Of a stretch of DNA of 64,000 bases, positions 1 through 8,863 are shown piece after piece (positions within the stretch are counted from its first letter, which is position 1; each line of letters begins with the position of its first letter). The notes beneath the pieces were generated by a model. That model was not told the origin of the DNA. It ran no database searches and saw nothing but the letters and a program-made list of their open reading frames with translations. The stretch covers positions 114 to 64,113 of the forward strand of contig DATHUJ010000057.1 in the NCBI GenBank assembly GCA_035462375.1, in the 5' to 3' direction. The DNA is from Jiangellales bacterium (GTDB lineage Bacteria > Actinomycetota > Actinomycetes > Jiangellales > Jiangellaceae). The position numbers and the translations under genes are program-made.

Positions 1-781
1 GGCCCGCCGACTCGAACACCTCCACGCGGCTGCCCGGGATCGACTGCGCTGCGAGGATGCCGTGCCGGAGCGGGATCAGCCGGTCCCGGGCGCCCCAGAC
101 CAACAGCGTCGGCAGCTGCGCGACCAGCGACAGCCGGGGTACCGCGGTCACGGTCTGGCCACCCGGGTCGATCACCGAGCGGCTGGTCGCCAGGAAGGCC
201 CGCCGGGTCTCGGCGTCGGCCAGGGAGACGAAGCCCCGCCACCCCTCGGTCACGTCGGCCCGAGGCCGGATCCCCGCCCGGGCCAGCCGCTGACCGACGG
301 CCTCGGCCCGCTCACGCACCCACGTGGAGGCGAGGAGTGGCAGGACGAGCTCGGCACCAGGCAGCGTCGCCGCCCGTAGCGGCAGCCCCACCTCGCGGCC
401 GAGTCCGCCGCTGCTCACCAGGACGAGGCGGGCGACGCGGTCGGGGAAGAGGTAGGTGAACTGCAGGGCGATGCCGCCCCCGAGCGAGTGCCCGACGAGG
501 TCGACGCGCTCCACCCCGAGGTGGTCGAGCAGGTCCCGCAGGATCGCCGCGTGGGATCCGAGCGAGTAGTCGCCGACCGGCTTGGCCGAGGTCCCGTGCC
601 CCAGCAGGTCGGGGGCGATCACCCGCCGCTCGGAGGCGAGGTCGGCGACCAGGTGGGCCCAGCCGCGGTGCGAACCCAGCAGCCCGTGCACGAAGACGAG
701 CGGCGCACCGGCACCCTCGTCGAGGTAGCTGAGTCCGTCACCGTGCAGGACGACGGTCGAGCACTCCACCGGAGCGACCAT
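1..781 (-). CDS. alpha/beta hydrolase (C-terminal end runs off the window)
   Basis: The reverse strand from ATG (plus-strand CAT 779-781) reads MVAPVECSTVVLHGDGLSYLDEGAGAPLVFVHGLLGS...VDLVGHSLGGGIALQF. It has an HG oxyanion motif and a GHSLGG nucleophile elbow. It stays open to position 1, so it is absent from the ORF track. Confidence 0.8.
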   Translation of the reverse strand, partial: MVAPVECSTVVLHGDGLSYLDEGAGAPLVFVHGLLGSHRGWAHLVADLASERRVIAPDLLGHGTSAKPVGDYSLGSHAAILRDLLDHLGVERVDLVGHSLGGGIALQFTYLFPDRVARLVLVSSGGLGREVGLPLRAATLPGAELVLPLLASTWVRERAEAVGQRLARAGIRPRADVTEGWRGFVSLADAETRRAFLATSRSVIDPGGQTVTAVPRLSLVAQLPTLLVWGARDRLIPLRHGILAAQSIPGSRVEVFESAG

Positions 782-790
782 CACCGGATG

Positions 791-814
791 GTAACCTACG
801 GAGCCGTAGGTTAC
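791..814. promoter_or_regulatory. perfect 11+2+11 palindrome GTAACCTACGG-AG-CCGTAGGTTAC, candidate operator
   Basis: Read directly from the sequence. It lies 10 nt upstream of the start of the hydrolase at 1..781. A 2-nt centre favours a dimeric DNA-binding protein over an RNA hairpin. Confidence 0.5.
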
Positions 815-819
815 GCGAT

Positions 820-874
820 GATCATGGAAGGATCGCCCCTGCGAGCGCCGCAGGAGGGCGATCCTTCCATGATC
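820..874 (-). terminator. long GC-rich hairpin overlapping the stop codon of the upstream (minus-strand) gene; terminator-like, no U-tract
   Basis: The 19-nt arms GATCATGGAAGGATCGCCC (820-838) and GGGCGATCCTTCCATGATC (856-874) are perfectly complementary. An inner CTGCG/CGCAG pair extends the stem. Confidence 0.45.
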
Positions 875-1712
875 ACCGGGCCGCCGGCGCCTCGAGCGTC
901 CGGAGGACCTCCAGCAGCCGCGGCCACGCCGCCGACCGGGGGTCCACCAGCCCGAAGTGCTCCACGCCGGCCAGCACCTCGACCCGGGCGCCCGTCGCCC
1001 GCCCGTACGCCTCCGAAATCGACGGCGGCACCTGCGCGTCGTCGGTCCCGTGCAGGACCATCACCGGTACGGACGGCGCGGGCAGCCGCAGCGGGTCCAC
1101 GGCGGCATAGCGGTCCGGGGCCTCGGCTGGGGAGCCGCCCAGCAACGCCGTGACCGCCCCGCCGTCCAGGCCCAGCCGCCAGGCCGTCCCGAGGTCGGCG
1201 ACCGGCGCCAGCGCCACGACACCCGCGAGCCCCGGCGGCCGTACGGACGGGGTGGCCGCGGCCCAGAGCGCGAGCTGGCCCCCTGCGGAGTGACCCAGGA
1301 GCACCGGGGTCCCGACATCGACGGCACCCGGAGCCACCGCCTCGACCAGGTCCGGCAGGGAACGCAGGGCAGTGGCCACGTCGTCGAAGGTCCCGGGCCA
1401 GCCGCCCCCGGGCTGGCCGGTCCGGGGGTACTCCGGCGTCGCCACCGCCCACCCCTCGGCGGCCAGGCCGTCCGCGAGCGGGCGCGTGTGGATGCGGTCG
1501 TACTCCGCCCGCCAGAACCCCCCGTGCAGCAGCACCACCAACCGGGAGGGGGCGTCGCCGGGGGCTCGTACGGGGAGTCGCAGGTCGACCACGGACTCCG
1601 CGGAGCGGCCGTACCGCAGGACGGCGTCGGGCGGAGCGGCGGCGCGGGCGAGTACCTCCCGCGGGTCGGGCCGGGAAGCGGGGTGGGGGTCGGGCACCGG
1701 AGTCGCGGACAT
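873..1712 (-). CDS. alpha/beta hydrolase (esterase/arylformamidase-like fold)
   Basis: The 873..1787 ORF carries HGGFW and GHSAGG motifs. Start set at MSATPV (CAT 1710-1712), because the longer start would overlap the divergent gene at 1746. Confidence 0.75.
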   Translation of the reverse strand: MSATPVPDPHPASRPDPREVLARAAAPPDAVLRYGRSAESVVDLRLPVRAPGDAPSRLVVLLHGGFWRAEYDRIHTRPLADGLAAEGWAVATPEYPRTGQPGGGWPGTFDDVATALRSLPDLVEAVAPGAVDVGTPVLLGHSAGGQLALWAAATPSVRPPGLAGVVALAPVADLGTAWRLGLDGGAVTALLGGSPAEAPDRYAAVDPLRLPAPSVPVMVLHGTDDAQVPPSISEAYGRATGARVEVLAGVEHFGLVDPRSAAWPRLLEVLRTLEAPAAR

Positions 1713-1745
1713 CACCGGCCATCCAAGACCACTACGCTCCCGCGC

Positions 1746-1901
1746 ATGGCCAAGTGGGAGTACGCGACCGTGCCGTTGCTCGTGCACGCGACCAAGCAGA
1801 TCCTCGACACCTGGGGCGAGGACGGGTGGGAGCTCGTTCAGGTCGTCCCGGGCCCCAACCCGGAGAGCATGGTGGCCTACCTGAAGCGGGAGCGGTCCTG
1901 A
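1746..1901 (+). CDS. DUF4177 small protein
   Basis: MAKWEYATVPLLVHATKQILDTWGEDGWELVQVVPGPNPESMVAYLKRERS is a typical DUF4177 sequence (51 aa). Its stop overlaps the next start (TGATG). Confidence 0.8.
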   Translation: MAKWEYATVPLLVHATKQILDTWGEDGWELVQVVPGPNPESMVAYLKRERS

Positions 1902-2362
1902 TGACCCCCGAGGACCGGCTGGCCCAGCTCGGGCTCGACGTGCCCGAGGTGGCCGCGCCGGTCGCCGCCTACGTCCCCGCCGTGCGCACCGGTTCGTACG
2001 TCTACACGTCGGGCCAGCTCCCGCTGCGCGACGGCGACCTCGTCCGTACGGGCAAGGTGGGCGCCGACGTCAGCCCGGAGGAGGCGGCCGAGTGCGCCCA
2101 GCAGTGCGCGCTCAACGCCCTGGCGGCGGTGCGCTCGGTCGTGGGCGACCTCTCGGCGGTGACCCGGGTGGTCAAGGTGGTCGGCTTCGTCGCCTCGGCA
2201 CCCGGCTTCTCCGGCCAGCCGCAGGTCGTCAACGGCGCGAGCCACCTGCTCGGCGAGGTCTTCGGCGACATCGGGCAGCACGCCCGCAGCGCGGTGGGCG
2301 TCGCGGTCCTGCCGCTCGACGCCCCGGTCGAGGTGGAGCTCGTCGTCGAGGTGGGGACCTGA
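1901..2362 (+). CDS. RidA/YjgF family protein
   Basis: It reads ...YVYTSGQLPL...GKVGADVSPEEAAECAQQCALNALAA...ARSAVGVAVLPLDAPVEVE. ATG at 1901 overlaps the DUF4177 stop. Confidence 0.85.
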   Translation: MTPEDRLAQLGLDVPEVAAPVAAYVPAVRTGSYVYTSGQLPLRDGDLVRTGKVGADVSPEEAAECAQQCALNALAAVRSVVGDLSAVTRVVKVVGFVASAPGFSGQPQVVNGASHLLGEVFGDIGQHARSAVGVAVLPLDAPVEVELVVEVGT

Positions 2363-3228
2363 CTTCCGCCCGGACCCTCCCCGACGCCCTGGCGGCCCGG
2401 GCCCGGGCCTTCACCGCCGCGCCCTGGGCCCCGGTTCCCGCCCGCCCCGCGTCCACCGTGGTGCTGATGCGGGACTCGCCGTCCGGCCTGGAGGCGTACG
2501 TGCTGCGGCGGCGGGCCTCGATGGCCTTCGCCGCCGGGATGCACGCCTTCCCCGGTGGGGGCGTCGATCCCCGTGACACCGAGCACCCCCTCGAGTCCTG
2601 GGCCGGCCCGTCGGCGGAGGAGTGGGGAGCGCGGCTGGGGTGCGACGCCGCAGCCGCGAGAGGCTTCGTGTGCGCCGCCGTACGGGAGACCTTCGAGGAG
2701 TCGGGGGTGCTCCTGGCCGCTGCGCCGGAGGGCCGGGGCGCGGTGGTCGACTCATCCGGGCCCGGCTGGGAGGAGGCGCGCCGCGGACTGGTCGACCGCA
2801 GGCTCGCGCTCACCGACCTCCTCGACGACCGTGGCCTCGTGCTGCGCTCGGACCTGCTCGCCGCCTGGGCGCACTGGGTCACCCCGCGCTTCGAGGAGCG
2901 GAGGTACGACACCTGGTTCTTCCTCGCCATGGTGCCACCGGGCCAGGAGCCGCGCGACGTCTCGGGCGAGGCCGACCGGACCGCGTGGACCCGCCCGGCC
3001 GACGCGGTCGCGGCTGCCCGGGCCGGTGACCTGGCCATGCTCCCTCCGACCTGGGCGACCCTGGAGGAGCTCGCCGGCTTCGCGTCCGCTCAGGAGGCCT
3101 TCGCCGCCGCGGCCGCGAGGGGCCTGCCCGAGATCACGCCCGGCTGGGTGGACCTCGGCGAGGAGGTACGGGTGCTGGTGCCCGGGGACCCTGGCTTCCC
3201 CGGCGATGACCCGGGGGAGCGGCGGTGA
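2359..3228 (+). CDS. NUDIX hydrolase
   Basis: The Nudix box reads GGGVDPRD...AAVRETFEESGV. The only in-frame starts are CTG 2359 (CTGA overlap with the RidA stop), GTG 2458 and ATG 2467, so the start is uncertain. Confidence 0.75.
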   Translation: MTSARTLPDALAARARAFTAAPWAPVPARPASTVVLMRDSPSGLEAYVLRRRASMAFAAGMHAFPGGGVDPRDTEHPLESWAGPSAEEWGARLGCDAAAARGFVCAAVRETFEESGVLLAAAPEGRGAVVDSSGPGWEEARRGLVDRRLALTDLLDDRGLVLRSDLLAAWAHWVTPRFEERRYDTWFFLAMVPPGQEPRDVSGEADRTAWTRPADAVAAARAGDLAMLPPTWATLEELAGFASAQEAFAAAAARGLPEITPGWVDLGEEVRVLVPGDPGFPGDDPGERR

Positions 3229-3992
3229 ACACGTCCGGTCTCCTGCCGTCGTGGTGCCGGCTCGTCCGGGCCGACAACCCCTCGCCGATGACCCTCGAGG
3301 GCACGAACACCTATCTGCTCCGGGTGCGCGACGGCACCGTCGTGGTGGACCCGGGCCCGTTGCTCGACGAGCACCTGGAGCGGGTGGCCGCCGAGGCGGG
3401 TTCGGTCGTGCTGACGCTGCTCACGCACGGACACCCGGACCATGCCGAGGGGTCGGGACGCTTCCGGGAGATCACGGGGGCCCCGGTCGCCGCCCGGGAC
3501 CCGGCGCTGTGCATCGACACGGCACCGCTGGACCGGGACGGGGCGCGGGTCGGGGTCGAGGACCTGGACCTCCGGGTGCTGCACACGCCCGGGCACACCG
3601 CGGACTCGGTCAGCTTCCTCGTGGCCGAGCCCGGCGAGCCCGGCGTCCTGACAGGCGACACCGTTCTGGGTCGGGGGACGACCGTCGTGGCACACCCGGA
3701 CGGCGCCCTCGCTCCGTACCTCGACTCGCTCGGGCGGCTGCGCGACCTGGGGCCCACCCGGCTGCTGCCGGGGCACGGCCCGGTCCGCGACGACGCCGCC
3801 GCGGTGGCCCAGGACTACCTCAACCACCGGGTCCAGCGGCTCGAGGAGGTCCGGGCCGCGCTGGCCGGCGGTGCCCGGACCGCTCGTGAGGTCGTCGAGG
3901 TCGTGTACGCGAAGGTGGACCAGGCCCTGTGGGACGCCGCCGAGCTGTCCGTGCGGGCACAGCTGGAGTACCTGGGCCGCGACGAGCCCTGA
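3225..3992 (+). CDS. MBL-fold metallo-hydrolase
   Basis: It has THGHPDH and a later HTPGHT motif. GTG 3225 overlaps the previous stop (GTGA). Confidence 0.85.
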   Translation: MNTSGLLPSWCRLVRADNPSPMTLEGTNTYLLRVRDGTVVVDPGPLLDEHLERVAAEAGSVVLTLLTHGHPDHAEGSGRFREITGAPVAARDPALCIDTAPLDRDGARVGVEDLDLRVLHTPGHTADSVSFLVAEPGEPGVLTGDTVLGRGTTVVAHPDGALAPYLDSLGRLRDLGPTRLLPGHGPVRDDAAAVAQDYLNHRVQRLEEVRAALAGGARTAREVVEVVYAKVDQALWDAAELSVRAQLEYLGRDEP

Positions 3993-4003
3993 GGTCGGGC
4001 GGG

Positions 4004-4243
4004 TCAGCCGGTGCCGCCGCCCCGCCGGACCAGCCGGGCGGCGTCCTGCGCGCGCAGGATCGCCCGGATCGGGCCGGCCTCCTCGTCGCCGTGCCGCTCC
4101 AGGACGGCCTCGAGCTCCGACCGGTCGGACGGCGTGCCGAAGTCGGCGAGCTGGCGCTCGAGGCCTTGGTACCGACGCCGGGCGTCACGAGCGTCGACGA
4201 GCCGGCCGAGCAAGGCGTGGGGTCGGGGATGCTGCAGTGGCAT
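4004..4243 (-). CDS. small hypothetical protein (79 aa)
   Basis: MPLQHPRPHALLGRLVDARDARRRYQGLERQLADFGTPSDRSELEAVLERHGDEEAGPIRAIL... is preceded by GAAGGA 7 nt upstream of the ATG. I recognise no family. Confidence 0.5.
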   Translation of the reverse strand: MPLQHPRPHALLGRLVDARDARRRYQGLERQLADFGTPSDRSELEAVLERHGDEEAGPIRAILRAQDAARLVRRGGGTG

Positions 4244-4480
4244 ATCGGATCCTTCGGGTGCTGGGGAGTGCCGTCCCGACGACCGGTCCGGCGGGGTCCA
4301 GCCTGCCCGCGCGGGGGCGCGATGCCAGCCCGCCGGGACGTGACGTCCATCGCGTCCGGGCGAGGTAGGCGGAGATCGCGACCGCCATGTGTGCGACGTC
4401 ACGGCTCCACTGGTTGCGCGGAGGTGTTCCCGTGCGACGGCGGTGTTGCGACGGCCGGGGAGCCCGCGAGGCGGCGGCGC

Positions 4481-5155
4481 TCAGCGCGCCCGGCGCCGCA
4501 GCCGCTCCAGGTCGAGGATGACGACCGAACGCTGCTCCAGCCGCAGCCAGCCACGGCCGGCGAAGTCGGCGAGCGCCTTGTTGACGGTCTCGCGCGATGC
4601 TCCGACGAGCTGGGCGAGCTCTTCCTGAGTGAGGTCGTGCACGACCCGTACGCCCTCATCGGACGGCACACCGAAGCGGGCCGACAGGTCGAGCAGGGCC
4701 TTGGCCACCCGGCCGGGAACGTCGGAGAAGACCAGGTCCGCCAAGGTGTCGTTGGAACGGCGCAGGCGCTGGCCGAGCTGCAGCAGCAGGCCGCGCGCGA
4801 CCTCGGGGCGCCCGGTGAGCCAGGTGAGCATGTCCTCGTTGGCGAGGCTCAGCAGCACCGTGTCGGTCACGGCCGTGACGGTGGCCGAGCGGGGCCCGGG
4901 GTCGAAGAGCGAGAGCTCACCGAACATCTGACCCGGACCGAGGATCGCCAGCAGGTTCTCGCGGCCGTCGCTCGAGGTCCGCCCGAGCTTGACCTTGCCC
5001 TCGATGACGACGAAGACACGGTCGCCGGTGTCGCCCTCGCGGAAGAGGACCTCGCCGCGGCCGAGCCGGACCTCCATCATCGACGCCCGCAGCGCCGCGG
5101 CGGCCTCGTCGTCGAGCTCGCGGAACAGCGGCGCGCTGCGCAGCACGTCGTCCAC
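4481..5155 (-). CDS. crp: cAMP receptor protein, Crp/Fnr family transcription factor
   Basis: It is 224 aa from GTG (VDDVLRSAPLF...) with a GAGGAGG Shine-Dalgarno sequence. It has a cNMP-binding domain (FGELSLFDPGPRSATV) and an HTH (QEELAQLVGASRETVNKALADF). It is collinear with mycobacterial Crp as I remember it. Confidence 0.95.
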   Translation of the reverse strand: MDDVLRSAPLFRELDDEAAAALRASMMEVRLGRGEVLFREGDTGDRVFVVIEGKVKLGRTSSDGRENLLAILGPGQMFGELSLFDPGPRSATVTAVTDTVLLSLANEDMLTWLTGRPEVARGLLLQLGQRLRRSNDTLADLVFSDVPGRVAKALLDLSARFGVPSDEGVRVVHDLTQEELAQLVGASRETVNKALADFAGRGWLRLEQRSVVILDLERLRRRAR

Positions 5156-5195
5156 TGGAGGCCTCCTCGGCTGCCCGGGCGGCCGGCCCGCCCGT

Positions 5196-5211
5196 GGTGT
5201 CACGGCTCACA
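5196..5211. promoter_or_regulatory. candidate CRP-binding site GGTGT-CACGGC-TCACA in the crp/nth divergent region
   Basis: 8 of 10 matches to TGTGA-N6-TCACA, and the right half is perfect. It lies between crp (start 5155) and nth (start 5276). Confidence 0.4.
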
Positions 5212-5275
5212 TTGTGCTCCGGCAGCATTGTGGCGGATCATGCGCCGCGCCACCGCACGGGGCGGAACGTAGGCT

Positions 5276-5992
5276 GTGCCGGTGCCCGCCCGCCCCCGTG
5301 CCGACGAGTCGCGCCTGGCCCTCGTCCGACGCGCGCGCCGGATGAACCGCGAGCTGGGCCTGCTCTACCCCGACGCCCACTGCGAACTCGACTTCCGCAC
5401 GCCGTTCGAGCTGCTCGTCGCCACCGTGCTGTCGGCGCAGACGACCGACAAGCGGGTCAACCTGGTCACGCCCGTGCTCTTCGCGGCCTACCCGACCCCG
5501 GCGGCGCTGGCGGCGGCGGACCGCGAGGACGTCGAGCGGATCATCCAGTCGACCGGCTTCTTCCGGGCCAAGACCCAGGCGATCGTCGGGCTGTCCCAGG
5601 CCATCGTTGAGCGCTTCGGCGGCGAGGTGCCCGGCCGCCTGCGCGACCTCGTCACCCTGCCCGGTGTGGGTCGCAAGACGGCCAACGTGGTGCTGGGCAA
5701 CGCGTTCGGCGTTCCAGGCATCACGGTCGACACCCACTTCGGCCGGCTGGTGCGACGCTTCGGCTGGACCGCCGAGAGCGAGCCCGACACGGTCGAGGCC
5801 GAGGTCGGTGCGCTGTTCCCCCGACGCGACTGGGTGCTCCTGTCGCACCGCGTCATCTGGCACGGGCGCCGGCGCTGCCACGCCCGGCGCCCCGCCTGCG
5901 GCGCCTGCCCACTGGCGCCGCTGTGCCCGTCGTACGGCGAGGGGCCGACCGACCCGGCCACGGCCGCCAAGCTGGTGCGGGACGTGGCGTGA
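5276..5992 (+). CDS. nth: endonuclease III
   Basis: It has an HhH-GPD motif ([14 protein letters not shown]) and a C-terminal 4Fe-4S ligand pattern C-X6-C-X2-C-X5-C. Confidence 0.95.
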   Translation: MPVPARPRADESRLALVRRARRMNRELGLLYPDAHCELDFRTPFELLVATVLSAQTTDKRVNLVTPVLFAAYPTPAALAAADREDVERIIQSTGFFRAKTQAIVGLSQAIVERFGGEVPGRLRDLVTLPGVGRKTANVVLGNAFGVPGITVDTHFGRLVRRFGWTAESEPDTVEAEVGALFPRRDWVLLSHRVIWHGRRRCHARRPACGACPLAPLCPSYGEGPTDPATAAKLVRDVA

Positions 5993-6720
5993 CCCCCCGC
6001 ACGTCGGAGCAGCACGACCTGCCGGAGTGGATGCGACCGATCGCCGAGGCGGCGGCGGGGGTCAGACCGGAGGAGCTCTCGGCGTTCGTGCCGCCGGAGT
6101 CGGGCGGCCGGCGCTCGGCCGTGCTGATGCTCTTCGGCGAGTCCGAGCGGGCGGGACGGTCGGTGCCCGACCTGCTGATCATCGAGCGGGCGCACGACAT
6201 GCGTAGCCACGCCGGCCAGCCCGCCTTCCCCGGAGGCGCTGTCGACCCCGGTGACGAGGGCCCGGTCGGCGCCGCCCTGCGCGAGGCGGCCGAGGAGACG
6301 GGGGTGGACCCGGCCGGCGTCCACGTCGTCGGGACGCTGCCGGACCTCTGGCTGCCGCCGAGCAGCTTCGTCGTCACCCCGGTCCTGGCCTGGTGGCGGG
6401 AGCCCGGCCCCGTGTCGGTCGTGGACCCGGCGGAGGTCGCGTCCGTGCACCGGGTCGCACTCGACGACCTGCTGCACCCGGAGAACCGCCTGCGGGTACG
6501 GCACCCGTCCGGCCACGAGGGGCCCGCATTCCGCGTGCACGGCCTGCTCGTCTGGGGCTTCACCGCCGGCCTGCTCTCCCGCTTGCTGGAGGTGGCCGGC
6601 CTCGAGCGCCCGTGGGACCGTACGCGCGTGGAGGACCTGCCCGCCGACCTGCTGAGGATGGCGATGCGCTCGGCGGCGCACCCCGGGCTCCTCCGGGACG
6701 GCCAGGAGGGGCCGGCGTGA
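5989..6720 (+). CDS. NUDIX hydrolase (CoA pyrophosphatase-like)
   Basis: It reads SAVLMLF...[16 protein letters not shown]...[15 protein letters not shown] 5989 overlaps the nth stop (GTGA). Confidence 0.85.
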   Translation: MTPRTSEQHDLPEWMRPIAEAAAGVRPEELSAFVPPESGGRRSAVLMLFGESERAGRSVPDLLIIERAHDMRSHAGQPAFPGGAVDPGDEGPVGAALREAAEETGVDPAGVHVVGTLPDLWLPPSSFVVTPVLAWWREPGPVSVVDPAEVASVHRVALDDLLHPENRLRVRHPSGHEGPAFRVHGLLVWGFTAGLLSRLLEVAGLERPWDRTRVEDLPADLLRMAMRSAAHPGLLRDGQEGPA

Positions 6721-7913
6721 GCTTCCTCGGCCTCACCCTCCTGGACTGGTTCCTGCTCCTCCTGATCCTCGTCGTGGCGGTCACGGGCTGGACGCAGGGG
6801 TTCGTCGTGGGACTGCTGTCCTTCGTCGGCTTCGTCGGCGGGGCCGTCGGTGGCCTGCTGCTCGTCCCGGTGGTGCTGGGCGGGCTGGACCCCGGACTGG
6901 GGACCGCGGTGCTCGCCGTGGTCCTCGTGCTCATCACGGCGTCGGTCGGGCAGGCGCTCCTGGCCTGGGCGGGATCCGCGATCCGCGGCCGGGTCGCCGC
7001 CGGGCCCGCTCGCCGCGTCGACGCCGCCGGGGGGTCCCTGCTGGCCGTCGCGGGTCTGCTCCTCGCCGCCTGGGCGGTCGGCCTGGCCCTGGCGTCGTCC
7101 GCGATACCCACCGCAGCCTCCGCCGCCCGCGAGTCCGTGGTGCTCAGGGTCGTCGACGACGTGGTGCCCGTGTCACCGGACCGCCTGCGGGAGGCCTTCA
7201 AGTCGGTGGTGAGCGCAGGCAGCTTTCCCGAGGTCGTCGCGCCGTGGGTGCCGGAGCCCATCGTCGAGGTGGAGGCGCCCTCGCCGGTGCTCGGCCGGGA
7301 CGAGGAGGTGCGGGCGGCCTCCGAGAGCGTCGCCAAGGTGGTCGGGCGGGCGGCCGCGTGCGGCAACATCCTCGAGGGCACCGCGTTCGTGGTGGCCCCC
7401 GAGCGGGTCATGACCAACGCCCATGTCGTGGCCGGCGTGCAGGCCCCGGCGGTCGGCCTGCCGGGCGAGCCGCCGCTGGAGGCCCAGGTGGTCTACTTCG
7501 ACCCGTGGGTCGACGTCGCCGTGCTGGCCGTCCCCGGGCTCACCCGGCCGCCGCTGGAGTTTCGCGCGGATCCCGCCGCCGGGGCCGACGCCGTCGTGGT
7601 GGGCTTCCCCAACAGCGGGCCGCTCACGGGCGAGCCGGCCCGGATCCGCAGCCAGCAGGTGCTCCTGGGCCGCGACATCTACGGCGAGGACCGGGTCGAG
7701 CGCGAGGTGATCTCGCTACGTGGCGACGTCGAGCCGGGGAACTCAGGCGGGCCGCTGCTGGCCGACGACGGCCGCGTGTACGGGGTGATCTTCGCGGCCT
7801 CGCTGACCGACCCCGACACCGGCTACGCTCTCTCCCCCGCCGCGGTCGCGCCGGCGCTGTCGGCCGCGGCTGCCGGCAGCCCGGTCGACACCGGTCGCTG
7901 TCTGGCCGGCTGA
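6717..7913 (+). CDS. marP: MarP-type membrane serine protease (CvpA-like TM domain + trypsin-like domain)
   Basis: The N-terminus has about 4 TM helices (LLDWFLLLLILVVAVTGW...). The C-terminal protease carries TNAHVV, DVAVL and GNSGGPL triad motifs. It is 398 aa, and its GTG overlaps the previous stop. Confidence 0.9.
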   Translation: MSFLGLTLLDWFLLLLILVVAVTGWTQGFVVGLLSFVGFVGGAVGGLLLVPVVLGGLDPGLGTAVLAVVLVLITASVGQALLAWAGSAIRGRVAAGPARRVDAAGGSLLAVAGLLLAAWAVGLALASSAIPTAASAARESVVLRVVDDVVPVSPDRLREAFKSVVSAGSFPEVVAPWVPEPIVEVEAPSPVLGRDEEVRAASESVAKVVGRAAACGNILEGTAFVVAPERVMTNAHVVAGVQAPAVGLPGEPPLEAQVVYFDPWVDVAVLAVPGLTRPPLEFRADPAAGADAVVVGFPNSGPLTGEPARIRSQQVLLGRDIYGEDRVEREVISLRGDVEPGNSGGPLLADDGRVYGVIFAASLTDPDTGYALSPAAVAPALSAAAAGSPVDTGRCLAG

Positions 7914-7936
7914 GCCGAGTCGGAGGGGCTGAGAGA

Positions 7937-8863
7937 TCAGCGCGGCAGCTCGGCCAGCCACTCCAGCAGGACCCCGGTGAAGCGGTCGGGCTGCTCCTCG
8001 TGCGGGAAGTGCCCGGCGCCCTCGAGCAGGGTCCAGCGGTACGGGCCGGCCACGAACTCCGCTGACCCGGCCGCCGTCCGCACCAGCACCGTACGGTCGA
8101 GGGCCCCGTGTACCTGCATCACCGGTTGCTCCACCGGTCGGCGCATCCGGGCGGCGAAGCGCCGCCCGTCCGCGCGTACCAGGGAGCGGACGGCCCACCG
8201 GTGGTACTCCAGCGCACAGTGCGGAGCGGGCCAGAGGTGCATGGCCGCCCGGTAGCGGGCGGCGGTCTCGGGGTCGGGGAACGCCGCGCCGGGCGCGGCC
8301 CAGCGTCGGAGCAGCGTCTCCACCAGGGCGCCGCCGTCCGCGACCAGTCGCCGTTCGGGCAGGACCGGTGCCTGGAAGCCCAGCATGTGACCGGCGGCGA
8401 CGGTCTGGCGCAGGTCCCGCACCATCGCCCGGCGCAGGACCAGGGGGTGCGGCATGGAGACCGACACCACCGCCGCCACCGTGGCCGGGCGCAGCACCGC
8501 CGTGGCCCAGGCGACGTACGCACCCCAGCCGTGGCCGACGAGCACCGCGGAGCGTTCGCCCAGGGACCGCACCACCGCGGCGACGTCGGACGCCAGTGTG
8601 GTCGGGTCGTACCCGCGGGGCGTCTTGTCACTGCCGCCGAAGCCGCGCAGGTCCATGGCTGCACCGCGCCAGCCCTCAGCGGCGAGCGGGGGCAGCTGGT
8701 TCCGCCAGGCCCACCAGAACTCCGGGAACCCGTGGAGGAGGAGGACGAGGGGGCCGTCACCGCTCTCGGCCACATGGAAGCGTGCCCCGTTGGCTGCCAC
8801 CTGGCGGTGCTGCCACGGACCGGCGACCTCGACGACGTCGCGGAGCGAGCCCCTGGAGCTCAC
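7937..8863 (-). CDS. alpha/beta hydrolase, epoxide hydrolase-like
   Basis: It reads LLLHGFPEFWWAWRNQ...GHGWGAY...GAGHFPHEEQP, which resembles EphE by position and motifs. Confidence 0.85.
   Translation of the reverse strand: MSSRGSLRDVVEVAGPWQHRQVAANGARFHVAESGDGPLVLLLHGFPEFWWAWRNQLPPLAAEGWRGAAMDLRGFGGSDKTPRGYDPTTLASDVAAVVRSLGERSAVLVGHGWGAYVAWATAVLRPATVAAVVSVSMPHPLVLRRAMVRDLRQTVAAGHMLGFQAPVLPERRLVADGGALVETLLRRWAAPGAAFPDPETAARYRAAMHLWPAPHCALEYHRWAVRSLVRADGRRFAARMRRPVEQPVMQVHGALDRTVLVRTAAGSAEFVAGPYRWTLLEGAGHFPHEEQPDRFTGVLLEWLAELPR

Noticed and set aside
811-1722. 303-aa minus-strand ORF and 488..1153 plus-strand ORF sharing the peptide MIMEGSP
   Set aside because: The shared peptide is a by-product of the 820-874 palindrome. 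The real gene is the hydrolase in the other minus frame (873..1712).
5211-5226. Second CRP-like site TGTGCTCCGGCAGCAT next to the first in the crp-nth region
   Set aside because: Only the left half resembles TGTGA. The right half matches TCACA at 2 of 5 positions.
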